Shown: positions 1 through 14,789, counted from the first letter of the whole stretch. The stretch is 63,837 bases of DNA, filler included, from Reticulomyxa filosa (GCA_000512085.1; 25 parts of 25 records of this genome joined end to end with filler, not necessarily neighbours in it), one strand, 5' to 3'. The notes: a model not told the origin generated them from the letters alone. Program-made: numbers and translations.

Positions 1-706
1 TAAGATATGTTTTAGGCGTTCAGTTTTTTTGCAACCTACTGTAGAACAATATTTTTGAGTGTCTTTTGGCTTACTTTTTTCGTGTTTATAATTGGTGTTG
101 AAGGTTTTTCTCAAAAGTACATTTATTTTAATGTGTTCAACAGGACGAAGCATTTTTGATTTACTTGGCCTTACAAAGTTTTGAAACATATTTGGGCGTG
201 TCTACGCGGCTAAAAACAAAAGGATTTACAGAAAATTGATGGCAATATATTGTTCGCCACGATCGTGCAAAAATTTTCATGTCACTATCGATTATTTCTT
301 CAGTTTCATTATTATTAACTTTTTTTTTTCTACTGAAAATTTTCTTTGGGATTAGTATTTCCTATTTTAAAAATACAAAGATATCTCTTTGAAAGAGACA
401 AATCAGCCCTAGTATCGTTTTCTCATTTGATGACACAAAATATACAATTTTTTATTGTTTTTTAAAATGAAAAGTTTATTGGTATTTGAAGAAAATTGGA
501 CATAATAAGTGATGTCTTGATGTTGAACAGAAATCCGTCATAATTTTGAACATAGTTCCATTACAATACATTATCAACAATAAACATTATGTAAATTTAT
601 TTTTTTGTGGATTTTTCTTTTGATTTGCTGGCTCTGTTTTTCGACTAACACCTGAGCCAAAAAAAAGGCTCCTAAAAAATAAAGTTCAATAGATTTTTAA
701 ACAAAT

Positions 707-1493
707 ATGGATCCACAAAAAAAAAAGTCAAACTTGGAAGCCGAAAACAAAGAAAAAGAGAATGTAGAAAACAAGGAAGATTTGAATTTTTTGGACTCCT
801 GTTATAATACGCAATGGATACTGCAACTGAACAAACAAAAAGAAGTGAAGGGCATGCTTTGCTTGTTATGTCAGCAAATTGCAAAGAATGCAATGGAGCT
901 GACTTGTGATGAACATGAGAATAGCAATGCTGCACTAATCGTTGGAGAGGATTGTCTGGTTCGCTATCTGCAGCAAAACAGTAACAAATGTCCAGTGGAA
1001 CAGCATGACAATTGCAAGCAATCAAAAAACAAATTGGTACGACAATACGTGGATGATATAGTGGTGATGTGTCCCCGACAATACCAATTGGACTTGAAAC
1101 AAGATAGTGACACAACCAATGGCAACGAGCAAACAAACCCGGAAGCCGCAAGCGAAAATGCGCTGACTCGCATTTGCAATTTCCAAGGAAAAATAAAAGA
1201 TGTCAAAGAGCATTTGCAGGGTTCGTGTCAATTGATGACATTGAGTTGTTCGTTCAAACCATTTGGTTGTCAAGCTCTATTGTTCAAATACAATTATGAT
1301 GACCACGTGCGATTACAAGTAGAAAGTCATTTGGCTTTGGTGATGAATCAATTCAATTTGCTTCAGCAAAAAGTACAAGGAAGCGAAAATAATCAGTCAA
1401 ACTTGCAAATGCAAAAAGATGATTGTCAAGTGTGTATATATTAATATTAATAAATAAATATTATTTATATATAATAAATAATTAATATATTTA

Positions 1494-1525
<32 letters not shown>

Positions 1526-1693
1526 GTACATATATGTGTATATTAATTACTTAAGGAAAAACAAAAACAAGATCAAAGCTTGACAGTATTCGGGACTAGT
1601 TCAACAATTCAGGAGCTTCAAACGGAGAAGACTCATTTGCAAGAGATGCTTGCTCAATCTAAAGAGCAGAACCATCAAGCCATAATTCACAAT
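707..1693 (+). CDS. RING-like/TRAF-type zinc-finger coiled-coil protein; exons 707-1429 and 1556-~1693, 3' partial
   Basis: CLLCQQI..ELTCDEH..GEDCL..CPVEQH (RING-like), then CPRQY..CNFQGKIKDVKEHLQGSC and CSFKPFGC..YDDH (TRAF-type Zn fingers). Phase-0 GT-AG intron 1430-1555 rich in (TA)n joins the two ORFs in frame. Confidence 0.75.
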
Positions 1694-1737
1694 GTCTTTT
1701 TTTTTTTTTGGTGTCTCTTGGAGAGGAGGGGGGGAGG

Positions 1738-1771
<34 letters not shown>

Positions 1772-1871
1772 NNNNNNNNNNNNNNNNNNNNNNNNNNNNN
1801 NNNNNNNNNNNNNNNTTAATTAATTAANNNNNNNNNNNNNNNNNNNNNNNNNNNNNNNNNNNNNNNNNNNN
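1772..1871. other. Artificial contig linker N-TTAATTAATTAA-N (first of 24; others near 3258, 4887, 8641, 11593, 15889, 20556, 23148, 25525, 28388, 29855, 31999, 33495, 35883, 37775, 39763, 43744, 45572, 47466, 51926, 53026, 56122, 61382, 62782)
   Basis: Identical 12-mer with six-frame stops inside N-runs; composition changes abruptly across some linkers. Confidence 0.98.
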
Positions 1872-1946
1872 CTCTTTCCATGAATAAAAATTTTTGAATC
1901 GTTTTTTTTTTTTTTTGGTTCATTTAAAAAAAAAAAAAATGGAAGT

Positions 1947-3190
1947 TTGTGCGGACATTGTGAGGGATTGACTGTGATTGATATAGGTGGACAATATTTG
2001 TACAAATACCAAATTCCATGCCACCACGCCGGTGGTTTATTTTTGTGGCATGCACATCACCACGGGAGTGTGTATACTCAAGTCGGTGGCGGGGTGTACG
2101 GAGCTTTAGTCATGGAGGAAGACCAAGAACAAGAAGGCTTGCCTGACTGGTTGGTGAACATGAACCAACTTGTGTTGGCCATTCATGAAGTCAAACTGAC
2201 CTTTTTGTCTGAGTACATGTGCAATGCCACTGGCACGTGTTGGGATAACGTGGTCAAAGTTGACAGCACTGGCCCAGATTCATTTTATTTAGTCAACGGA
2301 AAGTACCAACCCACGATTTGTATGAACTCTGGAGAATGGCTTCGGTTGAGGTTTATTAGTGTCATTATGACAAGAGAAATTAGTTTCAATGTCACCAAAG
2401 GCACTAGTGGAGACAAGTGCACTTTACAACTTCTTGCAAAAGACGGAATATGGCTGAATGGCAAAAGTGGCACTTCTCCTAGAACAGTTGGAGGTATTTA
2501 CTTGCCAAGCGCTGGCAGAGCTGATGTTGCATTTTACTGTCCGGGGGCTAAAAGTGGAAAAAATACTTATCAGTTCCATTTTCACTTTTTTTTTTTTTTT
2601 GTCTCCCCTCAAAAATCGTTTCTTTTTAATTTACGTTTTATATTTTATTTATATTATTTAACCCTTTTTTTTTTCCGTTTGTTTAGAATTCGAGACCCGG
2701 CTAATACAGTAGTTGCAACTATTGTGGTAAGTGGAACGCCGACTCAGCCCAACCCAGCGACACTCACACCGTTTCGAGCAATTCGTCCTTCGTACATCCG
2801 AACAGATTTGTTGAACTACACAGGGAGCTTTCAACAATACAACGGACTAAATTACTGGAATATAGCTGTCGGGTTCAATAGTATTAACAGTATCTCTTTC
2901 GTAAATGAAACAGACTACTTGGCAACGATTTCTGTCGATACAGTCAACGAGTGGGTGATCACCAATGTTCCCGGTACTTTACGAGTTTAGAGCAAAAAAA
3001 TACGCATACATAGCAAAAGACGAAAACAAAAAAAAAAAAATCGACAAATATTTTCAAAAACTGTGCTTTTTTTTTTTCTAAAAAAAAAAAAAAATACGGG
3101 TACACTTATAAATAGCATCCCTTACATACACATCTGTTTCCAATGTTTATGGTGCAAGCCGATAGTGTTGGAACCGAAAGGGTTTGAATT
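1947..3190 (+). CDS. Multicopper oxidase (cupredoxin domains), intron-containing, partial
   Basis: YQIPCHHAGGLFLWHAHHHGSVYTQVGGGVYGALVM (copper-binding HxH motif), YLVNGKYQP, GEWLRLRF, AGRADV, VNEWVITN; after a probable intron, HPLHTHLFPMFMV from 3116. Confidence 0.8.
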
Positions 3191-3313
3191 CCGGGTTTTT
3201 AAAAAACCCGGAANNNNNNNNNNNNNNNNNNNNNNNNNNNNNNNNNNNNNNNNNNNNTTAATTAATTAANNNNNNNNNNNNNNNNNNNNNNNNNNNNNNN
3301 NNNNNNNNNNNNN

Positions 3314-3474
3314 TTGCGTCCGGTGGCGTTGGCAACCTGCAGCATCTGGTGGAAGGCGTCACGCTGGGCAAGGCCGACGCGGTACTGGCGGCCAGCATTT
3401 TCCACTTTGGCGAATACACGGTGCGCCAGGCGAAAGAAGCCATGCGTGCCGCCGGTATTGAAGTCCGTCTGTGA
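3314..3474 (+). CDS. hisF: Imidazole glycerol phosphate synthase cyclase subunit, 3' end (bacterial)
   Basis: Frame from 3316 reads [52 protein letters not shown]. Confidence 0.95.
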
Positions 3475-3484
3475 GGTTGGCCGC

Positions 3485-3880
3485 ATGACACCCCCGAATT
3501 GGCTGGATGAAGTGAAATGGGACGACAAGGGCCTGGTAGTCGCCATTGCCCAGGACGCCCACAGTGGCCGCGTGCTGATGGTGGCCTACATGAACCGCGA
3601 GTCGCTGCAGCTGACCGCGGAAACCGGCATCGCCCATTACTGGACCCGCTCGCGCCAGAAACTGTGGAAAAAGGGTGAGGAGTCCGGCCACACCCAGACC
3701 GTAAAAGAGCTGCGTCTGGATTGTGACGGCGACGTCATCACCATGCAGATTGAACAGGCAGGCGGCATTGCCTGTCATACCGGGCGCGAAAGCTGCTTTT
3801 TCCGCGTCTGGCGCGATGGCCAGTGGGTTGTCACCGACGAGGTGCTGAAAGACCCGGACGCCATCTACCACTCACACTGA
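3485..3880 (+). CDS. hisI: Phosphoribosyl-AMP cyclohydrolase
   Basis: [51 protein letters not shown]; GAGG upstream of ATG 3485. Confidence 0.95.
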   Translation: MTPPNWLDEVKWDDKGLVVAIAQDAHSGRVLMVAYMNRESLQLTAETGIAHYWTRSRQKLWKKGEESGHTQTVKELRLDCDGDVITMQIEQAGGIACHTGRESCFFRVWRDGQWVVTDEVLKDPDAIYHSH

Positions 3881-3978
3881 ATTTGATCTGCGGCAAGGGT
3901 TAACGCCAGTACCACCTGTTACAAGGATGTCACATTATCGACATATACTGGCGGGGCGCCGGTAGCCGGGAGACGCAT

Positions 3979-4305
3979 ATGAACGCGACCGAAATTTTCA
4001 AGAATATTGGTGATACGCTGGAGGCCCGCAAGGAAGCCAGCCCAGCTTCTTCCTACGTGGCCTCGCTGCTGCACAAGGGTGAAGATGCCATCCTGAAAAA
4101 GGTGGCCGAAGAGGCCGCCGAAGTGCTGATGGCCTCCAAAGACAAGGACCGCCTGCACCTGGTGCGCGAAGTGGCCGACCTGTGGTTCCATTCCATGGTG
4201 CTGCTGGCGCACCACGGCCTGCGTGCCGAAGATGTGGTGATGGAGCTGAAACGCCGCGAAGGCATTTCCGGCATTGATGAAAAAGCGTCGCGTACGCAAG
4301 GCTGA
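3979..4305 (+). CDS. hisE: Phosphoribosyl-ATP pyrophosphatase
   Basis: SSYVASLLHKGEDAILKKVAEEAAE..EVADLWFH; GGAG RBS; operon position. Confidence 0.95.
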   Translation: MNATEIFKNIGDTLEARKEASPASSYVASLLHKGEDAILKKVAEEAAEVLMASKDKDRLHLVREVADLWFHSMVLLAHHGLRAEDVVMELKRREGISGIDEKASRTQG

Positions 4306-4317
4306 ACGGAATCCGAC

Positions 4318-4638
4318 ATGAGTGACTGTATTTTTTGCAAGATTGCCAAGGGCGAGATTCCGGCCAAGAAAGCCTACGAAGACGACGACGTGGTGGTATT
4401 CCACGATATCAACCCCAAGGCGGACGTGCACTTGTTGCTGATCCCCAAACTGCATGTAGAATCGCTGGCGCAGTGTGACATCCGCCACCAGCAGATACTG
4501 GGCAAGCTGTTGCTGCTGGCGCCGGTACTGGCGGCCGAGCACGGCCTGGCGCAAGGTTTCAAGACGGCCATCAACACCGGTGTCGGTGGTGGCCAGGAAG
4601 TTTTCCACCTGCACGTACACGTGTACGGCAATCGATAA
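4318..4638 (+). CDS. Histidine triad (HIT) nucleotide-binding protein
   Basis: MSDCIFCKI..FHDINP..GGQEVFHLHVHV. Confidence 0.95.
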   Translation: MSDCIFCKIAKGEIPAKKAYEDDDVVVFHDINPKADVHLLLIPKLHVESLAQCDIRHQQILGKLLLLAPVLAAEHGLAQGFKTAINTGVGGGQEVFHLHVHVYGNR

Positions 4639-4673
4639 ATCCGGGTAGACATACCCGCCTTGTTTAGAGGTAG

Positions 4674-4842
<169 letters not shown>

Positions 4843-4942
4843 NNNNNNNNNNNNNNNNNNNNNNNNNNNNNNNNNNNNNNNNNNNNTTAATTAATTAANN
4901 NNNNNNNNNNNNNNNNNNNNNNNNNNNNNNNNNNNNNNNNNN

Positions 4943-7900
4943 TATGTGTGTATGTGTGTATGTGGACAAAGTAACAGACCTTCCAATTGTCATAGCGAAT
5001 GGTAACACTATGTAAAAACAATTGATTTGCTCCTTGTTGATCGTACAGAGTTTGCTGGTACAGACTTGCCTTCATCCGCAACAGCTCACTTCGATAAGGA
5101 GCATTGGCATACAAAGGATCCAACAAATGACAATTGCTTAATTTTTGAGCGGCGCAATTGAGATTGTCCAAAGCCAGCGTTTCCATTTTGCCCAGAAAAG
5201 CCAGCATTTGCGACGACGCTGGTGGCAAGTGGTCGCCGGACAAGCAATTGTCTCGTCGAATGGCAGAGGTGTCCATGTCGATCAAAAACTGGGTCGACGA
5301 CTTTGTGGCTGTGTTTGTCTTCAATTCATTTTTTTTTGACAAGAGATAGGAAATATTTCATCTCGCGAATGCGCAACAAATTGGAATCACCGCCGTCGAA
5401 TTGGTAGTCTTTTATCAAACAGGAATTTTCGACAACATCATGAAAGATATTGGACGCGTTTGTCCCCTGAGCTTTGTTGATCAGTTTCGAAACGTCATCC
5501 AAAAGCATCATCCGGCTTTCGGTGTGGTAGTACTTCCTGGCGATTTGGGCCATGCGCAACGTATACCACATCTTGTCGTCCATCGACTGCGCCAAGATTC
5601 GGTCCACAGTGTCTTGCGACGAAGCTGACTGTGACGACACGTCGATGCTCTTGTCTCTCAGCACATGACGCATCAGCGACAAGATGTTCAATCGAAACGA
5701 TATCAAGTCACTCCAATCATGTAATTCCTCCCAATGTGCTGGCAATGACGCCCTCCATTCATTGCTTTTGTGAAAAGTAAGGAAAAAAGAGAGAGAGAGA
5801 GAGAAGGGAGAAGGGAGAAAAAAATATTTATATTTCATTTAAAAAAAAAAAAAATAATAATGCAAAAAAAAAAGTACCGAAAATGGACATTTTGATAATA
5901 CAAATCGGACAGAAAATTGGAGTCCAAAGGAGCACGCCTGATAAGCAATGCCCCGGCCAAGATGGAAGAAGCTCTTTCCATGTCTTTCAAGGCGTGAACT
6001 CTTCGCAGCAAGGGGATATGCATGGGACTTAAATAGCCATTGGTACGTGCGTAGGACCAATCGATAAACTCGCCGGCGTTGGAAGGGGGGAAGGAAGTGG
6101 ACGTTTCCACCTTGCACAAGGACTTGGCCAGCTGCAAGCGATACTCTCGCCAAACCCAGTTCAAATCTTCGCACAGGTCGGTCATGACCTTTTCTCGGAT
6201 TTGAGCAGATAGCTTTGCACCCGGATGGACTCGACTGTATAGGTCCTCCACTTTTTGCTGTAACTGCGACGCCACCGCGGCGAGTTTGAAGGACGAATGG
6301 AAATGCGTTACGGCTTCGTTCATAAACATCCAACACCAATCCTGGCTGCTTATCTGGGGATAAATGATGTCGTTGTTTTTGACTTCGTCCAAGTGCCAGT
6401 CTTTCCATTCCTCATCTCGAGAAGAAGAAGAAGAAGAAGAAGAAGAAGAAGAAGAAGAAGGGAGGGGGGGGAGGTAATGACTGCTGTTGTTGTTCTCCGT
6501 TTTTTGATATCTTCGATTCGTCCTTTTCATCTTGACTTTGCCAATACGACTGCAACGAGGATTGATCGCTTTGCGTCAGATGTCTAAGCAAGTGAGAGCA
6601 CCCGTTTTCTTATGCGACTGCACCACGTAGAAACGCAGGTCATCGTATGCATTATGATTCTTAAAGAACAATGCAAACTCTTTCAAATGTCCGCATGCAT
6701 CCTCATCTTCGCCATTGCCATTGTCATTGTCATTGTGTCATTGTTTGATTGATGACATTGGGACTCCAAAAACAACTCCGGGATCAATTGCTCACGTGAA
6801 AAGTCGTCCAACCAATCCCATTGATTGAGCTTTCGGCAACACTCCACGTAATGTCTTTGCCACAACGTTACCTCGCTTTCCGCAATGATTTCCGTGTTTT
6901 GCGATTTGAAATACTTGGCTTGCAATTTGTCATAGCACTTTTGGGCTTTGCCATATTGTCCGTACTGCTCGTATGTCAACGCCGACATGGTACCCAGGTT
7001 GGTGCAACGCTTCTTCCAAAATGCATAGGCCAGGTCATGACATCCCGTTTGCTGATACAAGTCCACCAACAAGTCTCCGCCGCGCGTAAATTCCCCAATC
7101 TCCACCTGCGCTCGTCTGTCTTTCAAAACATGCTTGCGGGCTTTCGGGTTGTCCCTTGGATGCAGCATCACTTCGTAATGAATCCATTTGTTGATCAAAT
7201 CTATCCCTTCAAACACACACCCAAACTCTTCTGCAAATCGAATCACAATGTCGTACTGATCCAACTTCAACACGCCGTCGTGACAAATCCCAAATCCTCG
7301 CATCAAGTCACGACATGCCAATTGAAACCACTGTCGAACATTGTGCTTGTTGCTATTCACAAGGGAAGGCAACATTATCGGGGGTGTCGTGGTTGTCGCG
7401 GCCGTGCCAATCCCAGTCCCAGTGCCAGTTGAAGTGGGTCCATGCTTGTTACTCAAAGAGGCATTTTTATTGCCATTTCCAAAAAAAATGGCCAACCAAG
7501 ACGGATCCAAACTCAAGTTGTGAAATGTCTCGGCAATATTTCGAAAAGGTTTGGAACGATTAACTCGGTCCTGTTCATTAACTGTCCCCCCGTATTTTTT
7601 TTCGTTTTCTTGCGACTGCTGTCTTTGTTGGTATTCGTTTTCCCAACTGTCCATTACATTCTTGTACTTATAGTACAAAGGCTTCACTATTTGATACCAT
7701 ACATTACGCGCCACTGCCGGGGATAAATAACACCACGCGACCAAAGGCTTCATTATGTCGTTTACTGTCAGTTTTGATTGCTGCGTTAACATGTGTCGTT
7801 CCATCGCTACAATCTCTTCCAATTCCTTCACTTTTTCCAAGTCCATTTTTTTCCAATCTTCTGTGGTTCATTTTATATATTTTGTGGTTATATAAAAGTG

Positions 7901-8575
7901 TGTGTGTGTGAAGATATCAACCAATCAATATACATATATTTTTTTTTTTGAAAGGTATTGAGGCGTGATACCCCACCGGCAAAGGCAATGGGCTGCACTT
8001 GCGCTGCATGTGTCGCACTGAATCGCAATGGCGAGTGTGTATCCAACAAATCGAGCAACAGATCTACGCTGCATGAAAGAAAGTAAACCTCTTCATTGCA
8101 ATGTTGGGTGGCCAGCCAATTTATGTCTCCAAACACTGCACAAAAGCGTTTCGTTAATGTTTCCATGGTCCTTTGTTCCGAAGACCCCTGTGTCTTTTCA
8201 TTCGTATCCCACTTTTTCTCATATTGCCCTTATTAACAACAACAACAACAACAACAACAAAAAAGAGTCCCAACTGTGGTGAGTGAGTCTTTCAAGGCAC
8301 GGGTAAAGTGCGCTCGCACTGCAGGATTGCGATGCAGCAACAACTGGAAGAACATGTGCGTACTGGTGAATGAACTCTTTTGTAGGTTGGTCGAATAACA
8401 CGACGGATAGTGAATTTTGGAGGCCATTTGAACCACAAAAGCACTGCCATCCTCGCTTTGATTTTCTTTCATCATCAACTCCAAAGTGGCATCCAACACC
8501 TCACTCCATTCTCGACCGAACAAATTTGGCACACTTTGTAACAAATTAATGCGATCCTCCTGACTCCAATTTGTC
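4943..8575 (-). CDS. TRRAP: TRRAP/Tra1-like PIKK-family protein, HEAT/FAT region, multi-exon internal fragment
   Basis: AYAFWKKRC..SALTYEQYGQYGKAQKCY..EVTLWQRHYVECCRKLNQWD and WRASLPAHWEELHDWSDLISFR resemble Tra1/TRRAP FAT-domain segments. Several introns and apparent frameshifts. Confidence 0.75.
6421..6459. repeat. (GAA)13 microsatellite, poly-Ser on the minus strand
   Basis: Direct reading. Confidence 0.9.
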
Positions 8576-8696
8576 TATATTTACGTATACATATATNNNN
8601 NNNNNNNNNNNNNNNNNNNNNNNNNNNNNNNNNNNNNNNNTTAATTAATTAANNNNNNNNNNNNNNNNNNNNNNNNNNNNNNNNNNNNNNNNNNNN

Positions 8697-9372
8697 ATTC
8701 CTCTCTCATGTAATATACTCGAAGCAATGATAATGATGCACTCATGTTCTTTTCTAAAAATCTTTTCCATAGTTTACTTATTTTATTCATCTTTTCAATA
8801 TATCTTTGATGTATTGGTGCTTCATCAATCAAATCATTCGCAGCAATTCGCAATTGATCTGGAGAGAATGGATATACGTGGACATTGTTTTGGGTGTAAT
8901 GAAATTGACAATATTGTCTTTTCGAAAAAGTCCAAGCTACTACAATATGATATTCCAATCCCTTCCAATTGATTTTCAATGACCACTTCGAATGTCGTTG
9001 TATTTTTATTTTATCTGTACAAAGTTCTTTTCTTATTTTGTCGATAACTTGCTTAATCCATTCGAGAATATCATTGTGTTTTTTTTGGAGTGAATCAATA
9101 TTATTATACTCCAAATGTCTTTCCTTTAAATGATATAAGAATACCAAATATCCACAAGATACATTAGGAATGACAAGTTGTTTTTGTACACACCCAGATA
9201 ATGTCACTCCATAAACACACCAAAATGGGCATTTTTTATCGTAATGAGCCGCTTCTTTGTGTTTGTCCAGTAAACTGTTCACAAGGTCGTTGGCAAGCTC
9301 ATAGTAAGTAGGAACTGTTATATCTTTAAGCTTACTTTCTAATGACTCCTGACATATCCGATTATCCGTCAT
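8697..9372 (-). CDS. OAS/cGAS-DncV-like nucleotidyltransferase-fold protein lacking catalytic Asp residues, 3' truncated by contig end
   Basis: ATG 9372, ~225 open codons. SGCVQKQLVIPNVSCGYLVFL aligns without gaps to OAS [40 protein letters not shown] to RALSF..VEFDVLPAF; MSASLSLLRVYYMR to FSTCFTELQRDFLK. Confidence 0.6.
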
Positions 9373-9579
9373 GTTTAAAAGATATGGAATTCTCAATAGA
9401 GTTTTTTGTTCATTGTTGTGGATTTATGCGTTTAGCATTCAAAGTAATTGATAGTATTCTATTTGATCTTGCACAATGTACTTAATTTTTTTTGCTGCTA
9501 CTATTCTCTTATAAAACGAAATTTAATTTAATCAAAGAAAAGATGTGTAATTGCTTAAGTCTACAGTAAACAAGAATTA

Positions 9580-11548
9580 ATGGTTAATTGTCCTAATTTG
9601 ATGTCTGCATGTAATGTAAATACAGCACCATACACCAATTTATGTGGACTTCGGTTTGGTGTAATATTGTGTGAACAAGATCGCTGGTAGAAAAATATGA
9701 CATGAGTCACCATTATCCAATTCCAAATTCTTATCAATTACTAAGATCACCAATCTTTCTTTTAAATATCTTTGAAACCTCTTTAACATGCAATTAGTTA
9801 TGGACGGTAAGTCGACTTGAATAATTGTTTCAGCACTAAAACTTCTGCTGTCAAACTTACAATATTTTCTCGAAATTGTACTAAATTATATGACAACACT
9901 GTTTCCGGGCACTATGTTTGAATATATATTCATTTACAAGTTTAAGTGATATGTCTTTGGCTGCTTGACTTTTCAGAGGAATTACTTCAACATATCTCGT
10001 GAAGCATCCATTATCGTCATAACGAACAGATAACAATCATCTGTTTCATGTAATGTGCCAACTATGTCAATAGCCACAATTTGGAATGGTCTTATTGCTG
10101 AGAAATGTTGAATTATACAGTCTTTGGACTGACTCTTTCTTTGTCACTTGGCAGGTGAAACATTATTCGCAAAATTTTTTTACATTTATGGACAATCTTT
10201 ATATAATTAAGGTTATTATTCTTTTTGAACATAGAGACTGTGATAACGCATGTGAGTGAAAATAAGCAAGTACGTCATACTTCGACACAACAGGTACTAC
10301 CACTTTGCTTGTACGTGTTAATAAATTTTGTTTATATATTGACATCTACTTTCTTATAAATAATGAATGCCAACTCGAAGAAATGTATATAGTGCGTTTT
10401 TTACTTATGTCAGTTTCCTTTTTATGTTTTTTATTTCGTTGTCATGTCCCTGAGCTTAGAAAGCTTTTTAAGTCGAATAATTAGTCGAAATATCTTATTT
10501 CGATTTTGCATTGAATATCGTTAAGATGACTTTCTTTGTATTTGTGCTTTGTTATTTGATTTTGATAACGATTATGTATAAATAAACGAATATAACTCCT
10601 TTTCTGATTTATGTCAGTTCAACTGATAATTGTCAAATTTCTTTGATTGGAACAAGTTTTCCTTCTTGTATTTGTAGTATTTGTCAGAAGCATCACATTA
10701 AACTATAAATAACTCATTTTGTATTGGATGTAGCAGCTTTGCATTTCAATTGTCTTTTTAATTGTCCAAATATTTCTTCATGTATTATAGCCATTTTCAA
10801 GTCATATCCTTTTGCCGTAGCTGTGATAATTTTGCAGTTAATTCCGCAATATTAAGTATGAAACGTACAATCCATTGAACCATTCCGAGAAATTGTCCAA
10901 ATTTCTTTTCGCTTTGATGCTTAGATATTTTTAATGTTTTGTTTCTGTTGCAATCAGTATGTCGTCTATGTAAATGTCTACATTTTCTAAATCTCTAAAT
11001 ATAGACACAACAATACGTTGAAATGTTGCTAGTGCGTTTAATAATCCAAATCCCATAAGATTTCATTCGTATAACCCATTTGGAGTGATAAATGCAGTGT
11101 TATGTTGGTCTATCTCGCGTATTTGAACATGTAGATATCATGACTTGATATCTAATTTGGAAAATATTTTCTTTTCATTCAGTCATTTATCCTTTTTCTT
11201 GACTAATACTACTGGTTCCGCAAATTGAGAAAAGTTTTTCGTTATTATTCATACTAGTTCTAATTCTTTTACCTGTTTCTTCACTTCATATTGATGTTCG
11301 TGGTTTATAAAGTATAGCTTATTTTTTATTAGTAGAGTTCCAGGTTTCAAATCAATTTTCATTTCTGCATCTCTAAGTTTCACTATGTTGAAACTATTTG
11401 TTGCTAGCAATTGTCGATTTTGTGCATTATGTATTGTACGTATTTGGATGCTTTTTTATTTATGATTGCTATGGCTTTGGTATATATTGGCTTTTTGACT
11501 GGCCATGCACTTTTACTGTTTGGAGTCAATTTCGTGTTAATTGCCTTT
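9580..11548 (-). mobile_element. Degenerate Ty3/gypsy-type LTR retrotransposon pol (RT then integrase) with stops, frameshifts and deletions
   Basis: RT: IDLKPG..FAEPVVLVKKKDK; FSKLDIKS*YLHV..TAFITPNGLYE*NLMGFGLLNALATFQR..IYIDDILIAT (YIDD at 10961-10972). Integrase: CFTCQ, RPFQIVAIDIVG, FTRYVEVIPLK, PETVLS, SPHKLVYG. RT-before-IN order is gypsy-type. Confidence 0.9.
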
Positions 11549-12253
11549 NNNNNNNNNNNNNNNNNNNNNNNNNNNNNNNNNNNNNNNNNNNNTTAATTAA
11601 TTAANNNNNNNNNNNNNNNNNNNNNNNNNNNNNNNNNNNNNNNNNNNNATTTTTTATCAAAACTGTAATTACTTTTATGAAATTCACCTTTTAAAACCGA
11701 TAATTTTTAGTATTTATTTTTGTTACTCTTTTGTAAACAAATTTAAATATTAAATAATTTGTTGTGTCACTTTGTGCTGAAAAATAAGTTCAGTTAAAAG
11801 ATCAGCAATATGTTAAAAAAAGTAAAAAACAATATTAAAATTTATAACTTTTTTTTGGAGATAGTGATCTCGCACAAACATGGTTAGCCCAACTAAAAAA
11901 ACGCAACAAAATGTTAAACAAATTCAACATTTGCTTTTCTCTTTAGATCTACCAAAAATTTTGCTAGTCTTGCAAAGGTCTCGAATGCTAGTGCACAGAT
12001 ACTATTTTAACGAAATTTCAATCAAATAGTTACAAATTCAAAAACTGAACGAACAAGTTAAAGCTGCTCCTTTTTTTTTCCTTTAACGACTTGGTACAAG
12101 ATATATGCGAATTAGATAATCTTAAATTGATTTAATAAAAATTGACTGTGTTGTCAACAGCTTGAAAAAGTAAGTTTTTTTGCATTTTTTAATTAACTTA
12201 TATAACTGCTTGTATAAAACTATCAAGAAAACTTCCAAAAAAATAATATTGAT

Positions 12254-14582
<2,329 letters not shown>

Positions 14583-14789
14583 TATAGTAACGTTAACTTT
14601 GTTGAGCTTCTTTTTTTAGGCAAACCTCTCTTTGTTAAAAACGTTAAATTTTTTTGTTTTTGCTTTTCAAAAAAGATTTAAGTTATTGATACGTCTTGGA
14701 AAGGTATATGCGATATTGTATATTAAAGAATTTATATTTTATTCTGCACTTTTAAATTATACATTGTGCGAGAATCGCAGATTCTGTGT

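Noticed and set aside
1816-1827. Recurrent TTAATTAATTAA palindrome as a biological repeat or CRISPR
   Set aside because: Always embedded in N-runs; an artificial six-frame-stop linker. ORFs ending in X..LIN are artefacts.
3314-3880. 188-aa ORF as an extended HisI
   Set aside because: The N-terminal extension overlaps hisF in another frame; the likely start is ATG 3485.
10930-11180. TGA or TAA recoding (alternative genetic code) suggested by in-frame stops in RT
   Set aside because: Stops coexist with frameshifts and deletions and replace different residues; intact genes end normally at TAA or TGA.
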